From NCBI RefSeq assembly GCF_008065095.1, contig NZ_CP042911.1, positions 1,740,001 to 1,772,000 of the forward strand: DNA of 32,000 nt. Direction: 5' to 3'. The first letter of the stretch is position 1, and the number at the start of each line of letters is the position of its first letter. Positions 17,450 to 26,524 of this stretch are shown piece after piece. The notes under the pieces were generated by a model. It worked only from the letters and a program-made list of their open reading frames with translations. It had not been told where the DNA came from and did no database searches. Made by a program: the position numbers and the translations under genes. Origin of the DNA: Gemmata obscuriglobus. GTDB lineage: Bacteria; Planctomycetota; Planctomycetia; Gemmatales; Gemmataceae.

Positions 17450-18417
17450 GCCAGTTGCGTCAACTCGCCAAGCGGCTGCGGATCGGGAAACTGACCTATC
17501 GGCTGGTCCACGCCCCGCGCACGTTCCTCAAGAAGTGCGTGCGGGAAGGGCCGCTGAACCTGTGGCTCGCGCGGCGCGGCCAGACGGCAATGGAGCGCGC
17601 CGCCCTTCGGCTGCCCCCCGCGCCGGAACCGCTCGGTGCGGACGTTCCGTGCGTGTACTTCCTGACCGGCGCCAAGTTCTGGTACCAGACCGCCTTCTGC
17701 GGGCACTCGCTGCGGGTCCGCGCCGGGGCGCCGGTGCGGATCGTCGTCATCGATGACGGCACGCTCCGAGCCGAACACGCCGCGGCGCTCACCCGCGTGC
17801 TACCGGGGCTCGAAGTGCGCTCCGCGGACGCGGTCGTTCGCCGGCTGGACGAGCACCTCCCGGCGTCGAAATACCCGACCCTTCGCCAGAGGCGGCTCGT
17901 GTACCCGCACCTGCGGAAGTTGACCGACGTCCACGCGGGCGGCACCGGGTGGAAACTGGTGCTCGACTCCGACATGCTCTTCTTCCGCCGCCCGGACGTG
18001 CTGCTCCGGTGGCTCGCCGCTCCGGACCGCCCGTGCCACATGCGGGACGTGGAAAGCGCCTACGGGTACTCGCCCGCGCTGATGGCCGAGCTCGCCGGCG
18101 CACCGGTCCCGGACCGCGTGAACGTCGGGGTGTGCGGCCTGCGCAGCGACGGCATCGACTGGGACCGTTTGGAGCACTGGTGCCGCGCGCTCGCGGAGCG
18201 CGAGGGCGACCACTACCTCCAAGAGCAGGCCCTCACCGCGATGCTCGTCGCGGGCACGCGGTGCGTCGAGGCGCCGGCCGCGGAGTACGTCGTGCGGCCG
18301 GCGCGCCCCGAAACGGAGCGCCCCACGGCCGCCCTTCACCATTACGTCGCCGAGTCCAAGGCGTGGTACTTCCGCTTCGGGTGGCGGCACGCCCGCACGA
18401 ACCGAGGTGAGGTATGA
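17446..18417 (+). CDS. Putative GT-A fold glycosyltransferase, family not recognised
   Basis: ATGA overlaps at both ends and good codon bias. RIVVIDDGTL, and LVLDSDMLFF as a candidate DxD. No clear match to a family I can name. Confidence 0.6.
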   Translation: MSQLRQLAKRLRIGKLTYRLVHAPRTFLKKCVREGPLNLWLARRGQTAMERAALRLPPAPEPLGADVPCVYFLTGAKFWYQTAFCGHSLRVRAGAPVRIVVIDDGTLRAEHAAALTRVLPGLEVRSADAVVRRLDEHLPASKYPTLRQRRLVYPHLRKLTDVHAGGTGWKLVLDSDMLFFRRPDVLLRWLAAPDRPCHMRDVESAYGYSPALMAELAGAPVPDRVNVGVCGLRSDGIDWDRLEHWCRALAEREGDHYLQEQALTAMLVAGTRCVEAPAAEYVVRPARPETERPTAALHHYVAESKAWYFRFGWRHARTNRGEV

Positions 18418-19235
18418 CGGACCCCAACCGCGTCGTCCAGGGGCTCTGGATCGGCCCGTCACTCAGTGCGATGGAGCAGCTCAGCATCCGCTCCTTTCTG
18501 GCCCACGGGCACGACTACCACTTGTACGTGTATTCGGTGCCGACGGGCGTGCCGAAAGGGACCGTTCTCAAAGACGCAAACGAGATCATCGACCGCTCCC
18601 GGATCTGGTTTTACAAGCACGACGGCTTCGCGAGCGGGAGCGTCTCCGGGTTCTCGGAGCTGTTCCGCTACGCGCTCCTCCACCAGCGCGGGGGCTGGTG
18701 GGTCGACAGCGATGTCGTTTGCTTGAAGGCCTTCGATCACCCCGGGGCGATCGTCATCGCGACGAGCAACGAGGCCGAACACGGCGTGCTGCCGTGCACG
18801 TTCGTTTTGAAATTTCCCGCCGGCGGCCCCTACACGAAGTACCTCCTGAAGGCGGCCGACCGCCCCGACCCCGAGCGGATCGGGTACCTTTCGATCGGTC
18901 CGTTCCTGGTCCAAAAAATGGTCACGGAACTCGGGCTCCAGGAGCACCTCGCCGCACCGGAGATGTTCGCCCCCATCGGCTGGCGTGGCCTGTCGCGAAT
19001 CGTCCGGCAGCCCGGCGGCCCGACGCTGAAGTCGGTCTACCGTTACTTCTACTGGCGCTCGCGCTGGCTCCTGCACCCCCGAACGCACCCGGGGGCGGTT
19101 CGCCGCTCGAGTTACGCCCTCCATCTGTGGAACGAATTCTGGCGCGAGGGCGGGCTCGACAAGAATAAAGAGTACGCCCGCGGGTGCCTGTTCGAGCGCC
19201 TCAAGCGCCGGTACTTGGGGGCGGAGGCGTCATGA
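18414..19235 (+). CDS. Glycosyltransferase, GT32-like (DXD sugar-binding region)
   Basis: FSELFRYALLHQRGGWWVDSDVVCL matches the GT32 core motif (SD.fRy.lL...GG.Y.D.D). The N-terminal part is IWIGPSLS-like. Confidence 0.75.
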   Translation: MTDPNRVVQGLWIGPSLSAMEQLSIRSFLAHGHDYHLYVYSVPTGVPKGTVLKDANEIIDRSRIWFYKHDGFASGSVSGFSELFRYALLHQRGGWWVDSDVVCLKAFDHPGAIVIATSNEAEHGVLPCTFVLKFPAGGPYTKYLLKAADRPDPERIGYLSIGPFLVQKMVTELGLQEHLAAPEMFAPIGWRGLSRIVRQPGGPTLKSVYRYFYWRSRWLLHPRTHPGAVRRSSYALHLWNEFWREGGLDKNKEYARGCLFERLKRRYLGAEAS

Positions 19236-20197
19236 CCGTTCCACTCGTTTCGTTTCTCACCCCGGCGTACAACGCGGCGGCGTACCTCCCCGACACGGTG
19301 CGATCGGTGCTCGCGCAGACGCACCCGCGGGTCGAAGTGATCGTCGTCAACGACGGCTCGCGCGACGACACGCTCGCCGTCGCCCGGTCGTTCACCGACC
19401 CGCGCGTGAAGGTGATCGATCAGGAGAACCGCGGCCAGAGCGCGGCGGAGAACCGGGCGTTCCGGGAGGCGCAAGGCGAGTACGTCGTCCACCTCGACGC
19501 CGACGACCTGATCTCGCCGAACAAGGTCGAGGTGCAGGTGCGGCGGCTCGCCGGGGCGGAGCCGGGCTGCGTGTCGTTCCACCCGTGGGGCCGGTTCGTC
19601 GACCACCCGCGCAACACCCGGGCCGTCCCGCAGCCGTTTTGGCGCGACATCGCCCCGGTCGATCTGCTGACCGAAATGTGGGAGCGGCACAGCATGGTGC
19701 AGGGCGGGTGCTACCTGCTCCCGCGAGCGCTCGTCGAACAAGCCGGGCCTTGGGACGAGTCGCTCTCCCTCATCAACGACTTCGATTTCTTCCCGCGGGT
19801 CCTGGCCCGCGCCCGCGCGGTGCTGTTTTGCCCGGACGCGTTCCTCCACTACCGCTCGGGGCTGGCGGGCGCGCTGAGTGCCACGAAATCCGATCGGGCG
19901 TGGGACTCGGCCTTCCGCGCCACCCTCGCGGGCACGGGAACGCTGCTCGCCACCGGGGACACGGCGCGAAGCCGGAAGGCGTGTTCGCGTGTGTGGGAGG
20001 AGTTCATTTTCGCCTGCTACCCCGCCGTGCCGGAGCTGCGGCGGCGTGCCCGCGAGCAGGTGCGGGCGCTGGGCGGCCCGCACTTCTCCCCTCTGATGGG
20101 GCCCAAGATGCGTGCGCTCGCGCGGCTCGTCGGCTGGAAGCTGGCGAAGCGGATCGAGAGGTTGGCCCGTCGTCTGACACGCGCCAAGAAAGCGTGA
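19232..20197 (+). CDS. Glycosyltransferase family 2
   Basis: ATG at 19232 (ATGA overlap). VSFLTPAYNAAAYLPDTVRSVLAQT, VIVVNDGSRDDT, NRGQSAAEN and HLDADDL. Confidence 0.85.
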   Translation: MTVPLVSFLTPAYNAAAYLPDTVRSVLAQTHPRVEVIVVNDGSRDDTLAVARSFTDPRVKVIDQENRGQSAAENRAFREAQGEYVVHLDADDLISPNKVEVQVRRLAGAEPGCVSFHPWGRFVDHPRNTRAVPQPFWRDIAPVDLLTEMWERHSMVQGGCYLLPRALVEQAGPWDESLSLINDFDFFPRVLARARAVLFCPDAFLHYRSGLAGALSATKSDRAWDSAFRATLAGTGTLLATGDTARSRKACSRVWEEFIFACYPAVPELRRRAREQVRALGGPHFSPLMGPKMRALARLVGWKLAKRIERLARRLTRAKKA

Positions 20198-20285
20198 CAA
20201 GAGCAGGCGAGCACCCGTTCACACACTCGAAACGGTCCGGCGGCGCCGGAAGCGAAACCGGGCGGCGCCTCTCAGGGGAGCACAT

Positions 20286-21425
20286 GTGGACATCAGCGTC
20301 GTGATCCCGGCGTTCAACCGCGTCGATCTCTTACGGGCGAGCGTCGGAAGCGTCCTCGTGGCGGCCGGACGGGCCGCGCCGCTGCGGGTCGAATGCGTTG
20401 TCGTGGACGACGGCTCGGATTCGCCGCTCGAGCCTCGTCTGGACGACCTCCGGGCGCGGTTCGCCCCGGCGCACTGCCTCCGCGTGATCCGGCAGGCGAA
20501 CGCCGGGTCGTCGGCCGCCCGGATGACCGGCCTTCACAGCGCGAACGGCGAGTTCGTTCAGTTCCTCGATTCCGACGACCTCCTGCACCCCGATAAACTA
20601 GCGGCCCACGTGCGGGCGATGCGCGAGACCGGCGCCGAGCTGTCGTACTGCGACCAGGCCACCACGCGACCGTACGATCCCCTCAACGACGCGCACGAGC
20701 CGCCCCGGTTGTCTCAAAAAGTGCTCCCCACGGTTGGGACCGCGGCCGAGCTGTTTATCGGCGTTCAGACCGTCCCGCACACCCCGGTCTTCCGTCGCGC
20801 CGCGCTCCTAGCCGCATTGGCAAATCCGTTGGTGCCCCCGAGTCGGGTGTTCGAACCCGCCGGGGACACGTGGCTGTTCTTCAACTGCGCGACGCAGCCG
20901 TGGCGCGTGTGCAAGGTGAACGGCCCGTTCGCCGTTACCGTGTGTCACGACGACGAGCACCTGTCGATGAAGTGGGAGAAGCTCGGCATCCCGGCGCTCG
21001 CCGTGACGCTCGTGTTCGCGCTCCGGTGCCCCCAAACGCCGGCAACGCGGGCGGCGCGCGCGTTGCTCGGCGCGGCCGCGTTCCAGAGCTACCGCCGGCT
21101 CCCGCGGCGGTTCCACGCGGAGTACGAACGGCTCACGCTCGCCGTTTACCAGACCAGCCCCACCGACGCGCCCCGCGCGCACCTCGGGGGCCGGCGGTTC
21201 GCGCGGCTCGCGTCCGTGCTCGGCCCCGCGCGGGCGGCGCGCGTCCTCCGCCGGTTCCAGTGCAGACCGTACAGCCGTTGCCGGACCATCGACCGCGAGG
21301 AGCTCGACGACGTGTTCGGCCGGGCGCTCCGCCACGTTATAGCGGTCAGCGGGCGCGAGCCGTTCGAGGCGCGGTTCGGCCGCAGCCCGGTCCAACTGGC
21401 TCCCGCGCTCGTCGGGGGCGCCTGA
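20286..21425 (+). CDS. Glycosyltransferase family 2 with an extended C-terminal region
   Basis: GTG at 20286 with GGGGAG 5 nt upstream. ISVVIPAFNRVDLL, VVVDDGSD, NAGSSAARM and FLDSDDLLHPDKL. Confidence 0.8.
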   Translation: MDISVVIPAFNRVDLLRASVGSVLVAAGRAAPLRVECVVVDDGSDSPLEPRLDDLRARFAPAHCLRVIRQANAGSSAARMTGLHSANGEFVQFLDSDDLLHPDKLAAHVRAMRETGAELSYCDQATTRPYDPLNDAHEPPRLSQKVLPTVGTAAELFIGVQTVPHTPVFRRAALLAALANPLVPPSRVFEPAGDTWLFFNCATQPWRVCKVNGPFAVTVCHDDEHLSMKWEKLGIPALAVTLVFALRCPQTPATRAARALLGAAAFQSYRRLPRRFHAEYERLTLAVYQTSPTDAPRAHLGGRRFARLASVLGPARAARVLRRFQCRPYSRCRTIDREELDDVFGRALRHVIAVSGREPFEARFGRSPVQLAPALVGGA

Positions 21426-21427
21426 AC

Positions 21428-22669
21428 GTGGCCCGCCCGCGAATCTGTCTGATCGGCCCCGGGGCGCCGTCCTCGAACCCGCGGCTCGTCAAAGAAGCGG
21501 ACGCCCTCGCGGGGGCCGGGTACCCGGTTCGCGTCGTGTGCGGGACCGGGCACTCGCTCGGCACCGATCTCGATGACGAGCTGTTCCGGGCGCGCGGGTG
21601 GCAGGTGGTCCAGGTGCCGTTGGGGGCCAAGTGGCAACGGGCGGCCCGCGTCTTGCGACAGCGGGCGGCGGCGGCTCTCGTTCGGCTCGGAATGTGTCAC
21701 ACGCGGTCCGTGACCGCGTGGGCCGAATCGGAACTCGTCGTGCGGCTGGCACGCGCCGCCGCGGCCGAACCGGCCGACCTCTACATCGGGCACTATCTAC
21801 CCGGACTGTGCGCGGCCTTCCGGGCGGCCCGTCGGCACGGCACGAAGTTCGGGTTCGACGCCGAAGACAGTCACGTTGACGAACTCCCCGACTCAACGGA
21901 ACACCGGAACAGGCGCACCGCCCGCGAGTCGCTCGAACGCGGGTTGCTCGCCCGGTGCTCGCACCTCACGGCTTCGAGCCCGCTGGTCGCGGGCGCCTAC
22001 GAGCGCCGCTACGGCCGGTGCCCGGCGACCGTCTTGAACGTGTTTCCGCGGTCCGAAGCGCCCCGCGAGCCGGTTCCCACCGCGTACTTGAAGGGCGAGG
22101 GCCGACCGACGCTCTACTGGTTCAGCCAGACGGTCGGGCCGGGGCGCGGGCTGGAAGCGGTCGTCGCCGCGATGGGTTTAATGGTCACGCCGGTCGTGCT
22201 GCACCTGCGCGGCGTTCCCGCCGCCGGGTACCGCGAACGACTGGACGCGCACGCGGCCGCGCACGGGGTCCGCGGGCGGATCGTGTGGCACCCGGCGGCC
22301 GCGCCGGGCGAGATGGTCCGGCTCGCCGGTGCGTTCGACCTGGGCTTCGGGACGGAAACCGGCTTCACTCCGAACAACTCGATCGCGCTGTCGAACAAGA
22401 TCTTCACCTACCTCCTCGCGGGCGTCCCGGTTGTCCTGAGCCGAACGCCGGCCCAGGTGCGGCTCGCGGGCGAACTGGGGGACGCCGGCGCGCTGGTCGA
22501 CCTCGGCAGCCCGGGAGAATTTGCCCGCACGCTCGACGCCCTCGTGCTCGACCGCGACGGGCTCGCCCGGCGCCGGGCAGCGGCGTGGCGCCTCGGTCGC
22601 GACCGCTACAACTGGGACATCGAGCAGAAGGCGTTCCTCGCTTCTGTCGGAACCGCTCTGCACGGTTAG
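21428..22669 (+). CDS. GT-B fold glycosyltransferase (GT4-like, divergent)
   Basis: GTG at 21428, 2 nt after the upstream stop. N-terminal RICLIGPGAPSSNPRLVKEADALAGAGYPV. C-terminal half LHLRG...LSNKIFTYLLAGVPVVLS resembles GT-B enzymes in which S/NK..EY replaces the EX7E motif. Confidence 0.65.
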   Translation: MARPRICLIGPGAPSSNPRLVKEADALAGAGYPVRVVCGTGHSLGTDLDDELFRARGWQVVQVPLGAKWQRAARVLRQRAAAALVRLGMCHTRSVTAWAESELVVRLARAAAAEPADLYIGHYLPGLCAAFRAARRHGTKFGFDAEDSHVDELPDSTEHRNRRTARESLERGLLARCSHLTASSPLVAGAYERRYGRCPATVLNVFPRSEAPREPVPTAYLKGEGRPTLYWFSQTVGPGRGLEAVVAAMGLMVTPVVLHLRGVPAAGYRERLDAHAAAHGVRGRIVWHPAAAPGEMVRLAGAFDLGFGTETGFTPNNSIALSNKIFTYLLAGVPVVLSRTPAQVRLAGELGDAGALVDLGSPGEFARTLDALVLDRDGLARRRAAAWRLGRDRYNWDIEQKAFLASVGTALHG

Positions 22670-22674
22670 CTCAC

Positions 22675-23745
22675 ATGCGCGTCTTGCTCACCGCCGACCC
22701 CGAGATCCCGGTCCCGCCGCTCACCTACGGCGGGATCGAGCGGATCGTTGCCGACCTCGCGGCCGGTCTGCGGGAGCGCGGCCACGCCGTCGGACTGGCG
22801 GCGCACCGGGGTTCCACCGCGCCGGTCGACGCGTTCTTCCCGTGGCCCGGCGCCGCCTCGCAGAACCTGCGCGACACGGTCCGAAACACCCGCGCCCTCG
22901 CGCGAGCCGTGAACGCGTTCCGGCCGGACGTGGTCCACAGTTTCTCGCGGCTGATGTACTTGCTCCCTCTGTTGCCCGGGCGGCTGCCGAAGGTCATGTC
23001 CTACCAGCGCAACCCGAGTCTGCGAACGACCCGATGGGCACAGCGCCTCGCGGGCCGAACGCTCCGGTTCACGGGGTGCAGCGGGTACATCTGCGCAATC
23101 GGGCGACGGGCCGGCGGAACCTGGGACGCGGTCCCGAATTTCGTCGATCTCACGAAGTACACCTTCCGGGCGAGCGTGCCTGCCGATGCGCCGTTCGTCT
23201 TTTTGAGCCGGGTCGAACACATCAAGGGCGCCCATGTCGCCATCGCGGTCGCGAAACGCGCGGGCCGGCCGCTCGTGATCGCCGGGAACCACGCGTCCGA
23301 CGACACCCCGAACGGGCGGTACTGGCGCGAACAGATTCAGCCGCACCTCGGGCGGAACGGGATCGAGTACGTCGGACCCGTGAACGACGCGCAGAAGAAC
23401 GAGTTGCTCGGTCGCGCGGCGGCGATGCTCGTTCCGATCCAGTGGAACGAGCCGTTCGGGATCGTGTTCGCCGAAGCGCTGGCCTGCGGGACACCGGTCA
23501 TCAGTTGCCCGCGCGGCGCACTGCCCGAAATCATTCGCAACGGGACCGAGGGCTTTTTGGCCGAGACCGAAGAGGCCCTCGCGGTCGCCTCGCGCCGGGT
23601 CGGTGAGATCGACCGCGCCGCGTGCCGGGCGCGGGCCGAATCGGCGTTCTCAGCGGGACGCGTGATTTCCCGATACGAGCGCCTGTACACCGAAGCCGCA
23701 CGGGGCGGGCCACGAACCCGCTCGCTGACCGGGCAGGTGACCTGA
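22675..23745 (+). CDS. Glycosyltransferase family 4 (GT-B)
   Basis: MRVLLTA....PPLTYGGIERIVADLA, and the EX7E region NEPFGIVFAEALACGTPVIS. Confidence 0.85.
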   Translation: MRVLLTADPEIPVPPLTYGGIERIVADLAAGLRERGHAVGLAAHRGSTAPVDAFFPWPGAASQNLRDTVRNTRALARAVNAFRPDVVHSFSRLMYLLPLLPGRLPKVMSYQRNPSLRTTRWAQRLAGRTLRFTGCSGYICAIGRRAGGTWDAVPNFVDLTKYTFRASVPADAPFVFLSRVEHIKGAHVAIAVAKRAGRPLVIAGNHASDDTPNGRYWREQIQPHLGRNGIEYVGPVNDAQKNELLGRAAAMLVPIQWNEPFGIVFAEALACGTPVISCPRGALPEIIRNGTEGFLAETEEALAVASRRVGEIDRAACRARAESAFSAGRVISRYERLYTEAARGGPRTRSLTGQVT

Positions 23746-25061
23746 TGCGTCGCGTACTGATCGTGAGTCCGCACTTTCCGCCAGTAAACGCCCCGGACTG
23801 CCAGCGGGTGCGGATGGCGCTCCCGCACCTGCGCGAGTTCGGCTGGGACGCGCACGTGCTGGCCGTCGACCCGTCCGGAGTCGAAGGCTTTCTGGACCCC
23901 GACCTCGCGCGGACGCTCCCCGCGGGGCAGGCGGTCACCCGCGTGCCCGCGGTTCCCGCCTGGCTGACCCGGGCGGTCGGGTTCGGCGGCCTCTGGCTCC
24001 GCGCCGGTCGGCGGCTCGCGGCCGCCGGGGCGGAACTGCTGCGGCGCGAGCGGTTCGATCTGGTGTTCTTCTCCACCACCATCTTCTCCGCGATGAAGCT
24101 CGGGCCGCGCTGGCTCCGGCGGTTCGGCGTGCCGTATGTAATCGACCTCCAAGACCCGTGGGTCAGCGACTACTACTCCCGCACGGGCACGCCCCCCCCG
24201 GGCGGGCGCCTCCGCTACGCGCTCGCACAGTGGGGCGCCCGGCGGGCCGAGCCGACGGTGGTGCGACACGCCGGGCACGTTGCGACCGTTTCGCCCGCGT
24301 ACGCCGATACGCTCCGGGCGCGCTACCCCGATGTCCCCGCCGAGCGCTACACGGTGCTGCCGTTCGCGGCGGCGGCGAGCGACTTTCAGGTGGTCGCGGA
24401 ACGCAAGATCGAACACGGGTTGTTCGACCCCGCGGACGGGTTGCGGCACTGGGTGTACCTCGGGCGCGGCGGCGCGGACCTCGCCCCGGCCCTGCGCGGG
24501 CTGTTCGGCGCCTTTGCGGCCGTTCGCCGCTCGGACGCGCGTGCGGACCGCGTGCGCATGCACTTCGTCGGGACGAGTTACGCGAAGAAGGGGCTGGCGC
24601 GCGAATCCGTTCGCCCGCTTGCGCGGGCCGCGGGGCTCGCGGCCGTGGTGACCGAACAGACCGACCGGTTGCCGTACCTGCGCGGGGTGTCGCTGCTGCG
24701 CGCCGCGGGCGCGCTGCTCGTCGTCGGCTCGGACGACCCGAGCTACAGCGCCTCGAAGGTGTACCCGTACATCATGGCCCGGCGGCCCCTGCTGGCGGTC
24801 CTCCACGAGAACAGCCCGGCGGCCGCGGTCATCACCGCGTGCCGGGCCGGTGAGGTGGTGCCGTTCGCGTCGGGCGAAAGTACCGAGGCCCTCGCCGCCC
24901 GCCTCGCGCCGGCGCTCGGCCGCCTGCTCGCCGCGACCGGCACCGAACCGCCCACCGACTGGGCCGCGTTCGCGCCCTACACCGCGCGCGAAATGACCCG
25001 GGTGTTGTGCCGCGCGTTCGACTCCGCGCTCCCCTCGCCCCACCGAACCGGCCCCCGATGA
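23745..25061 (+). CDS. GT-B fold glycosyltransferase-like protein (WbuB-like flavour, no EX7E)
   Basis: ATG at 23745 overlaps the upstream TGA by 1 nt. RVLIVSPHFPPVNAPDCQRV, YVIDLQDPW and SYSASKVYPYIMARRPLLAV. Confidence 0.6.
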   Translation: MRRVLIVSPHFPPVNAPDCQRVRMALPHLREFGWDAHVLAVDPSGVEGFLDPDLARTLPAGQAVTRVPAVPAWLTRAVGFGGLWLRAGRRLAAAGAELLRRERFDLVFFSTTIFSAMKLGPRWLRRFGVPYVIDLQDPWVSDYYSRTGTPPPGGRLRYALAQWGARRAEPTVVRHAGHVATVSPAYADTLRARYPDVPAERYTVLPFAAAASDFQVVAERKIEHGLFDPADGLRHWVYLGRGGADLAPALRGLFGAFAAVRRSDARADRVRMHFVGTSYAKKGLARESVRPLARAAGLAAVVTEQTDRLPYLRGVSLLRAAGALLVVGSDDPSYSASKVYPYIMARRPLLAVLHENSPAAAVITACRAGEVVPFASGESTEALAARLAPALGRLLAATGTEPPTDWAAFAPYTAREMTRVLCRAFDSALPSPHRTGPR

Positions 25062-26524
25062 TCGACCCCAAAGCCAACCCGCTGTTCATCCGCCTGTTCT
25101 GGGGCGGGGCCGCCGTGCTGGCCCTAGGCGGGCTGGTCGCGGCCGAGTCGGTCGTCTCGGTGGGGACCGCCGCCGGGTTCCTCATCGCGGCCGCGGCCGC
25201 GGTCCCGGCGTACCTCTGGGCGCGGGGCCACGCGTGCGGGCTGCCCATTTATCCCATCGTCTGCCTGACGTACATCTGGACGTGCGCGCTGCCGCTGGTC
25301 CAGGGCCACCAGGCGGTGCAGAACTACTCGACCGGCGACCAGCTCACGGCCGCCGCGACGGTCATCGGGTACCTGCTGCTCGGCACCGGGGTCTGGTGGA
25401 CGTTGACCGCGAGCCGGCCCCGCGTGCCGCGCGCTTACTGGGGGTTCCCGGAGGCCCGTAGCGGTGTGTTCCTCACGTTTCTGGGCTGCGGGTGCGTGTT
25501 CCTGTCACCGCTCCCGTGGATGGTGGTGTCCCTCCCCGGAACGGTCCACAGCGCGCTGCGGATGGGCACCCTGGCCCTTGCGATCCTGTCCGCCGTGGTG
25601 CTCGCGTTCCAGTGGGGCCGGCAGCAGTTGAGCATGAACGTGAAGGCCACGTTCGCGGGGCTGCTCGTCGTCTACATGCTGCTGGACGCGGGCGGGCTGA
25701 TCATCCACGGGGTCGCGATGCTCACCTTCTCCACGGCGGCCGCGTTCGCGCTCGGCCGCGGGCGGGTCCCGTACCGCCTGATTATCGTCGCGTTCGTGGT
25801 CTTCGCGGTGCTCCACAGCGGGAAGTGGGGCATGCGAAAGGCGTACTGGGGTGAGTCGCCGAAGCCGTTCCCGGGCTACGTCGAGTTCTACGCCGAGTGG
25901 GTGAGCGAAGGGGTGGGCGAGTTCGTGTCGGGGCGCTTCGACCCGACCGCGGCCGAGCGCCCGCAGGGCTCCTCCGTACTGAGCCGGGCCTCGGTGATCC
26001 ACATGATCCTGCTGGTTCAGACCAACAGCCCGTCGCAGGTCGAACATTTGAACGGCTCGACCTACGAGATCATCCCGGCCCTCGTGCTGCCGCGGTTCTT
26101 GAGCACCGACAAGCCATGGTCGCACGAAGGTACGTACATTCTGTCCACGCACTACGGGCTGCAAACGCGCAGCCAGACCCTCAGCACGACGATTGGGTTC
26201 GGGCTGCTCGCGGAGTCGTACGCGAACTTCGGCTGGTTCGGGGTTCTGGCGCTCGCGGTGCTGACCGGCACGGCCACCGGGACCGCGGCGCGGTGGGGGG
26301 CGACCGTGCCGGTCACCTCGTTCCCGGGGCTGTTCGGCTTCCTGGTGCTGTCCGCGTTCCTGCAAACGGAGGCGACCGCCGGGGTCGCGGTGACGTCGCT
26401 CGTGCAAGGGACGCTGGCGCTCCTGGCCGTCGGACTCGTGCTGATGCGGAGCACCCCGAACGGCGAGCGCGTCCCGGAGCGGCCCGCGTGCCTCGAGCTC
26501 GCGCCCGCGGGGGGAGACGCGTGA
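25058..26524 (+). CDS. Polytopic membrane protein, probable Wzy-type repeat-unit polymerase (a WaaL-type ligase is not excluded)
   Basis: ATGA overlap with the upstream gene. About 10-12 hydrophobic segments and a large loop (SPKPFPGYVEFYAEW...HLNGSTYEI). The late motif TIGFGLLAESYANFGWFGVLAL resembles the G.G...aE.Y.NFG..G segment I associate with Wzy/EpsG-type polymerases. Confidence 0.55.
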   Translation: MIDPKANPLFIRLFWGGAAVLALGGLVAAESVVSVGTAAGFLIAAAAAVPAYLWARGHACGLPIYPIVCLTYIWTCALPLVQGHQAVQNYSTGDQLTAAATVIGYLLLGTGVWWTLTASRPRVPRAYWGFPEARSGVFLTFLGCGCVFLSPLPWMVVSLPGTVHSALRMGTLALAILSAVVLAFQWGRQQLSMNVKATFAGLLVVYMLLDAGGLIIHGVAMLTFSTAAAFALGRGRVPYRLIIVAFVVFAVLHSGKWGMRKAYWGESPKPFPGYVEFYAEWVSEGVGEFVSGRFDPTAAERPQGSSVLSRASVIHMILLVQTNSPSQVEHLNGSTYEIIPALVLPRFLSTDKPWSHEGTYILSTHYGLQTRSQTLSTTIGFGLLAESYANFGWFGVLALAVLTGTATGTAARWGATVPVTSFPGLFGFLVLSAFLQTEATAGVAVTSLVQGTLALLAVGLVLMRSTPNGERVPERPACLELAPAGGDA

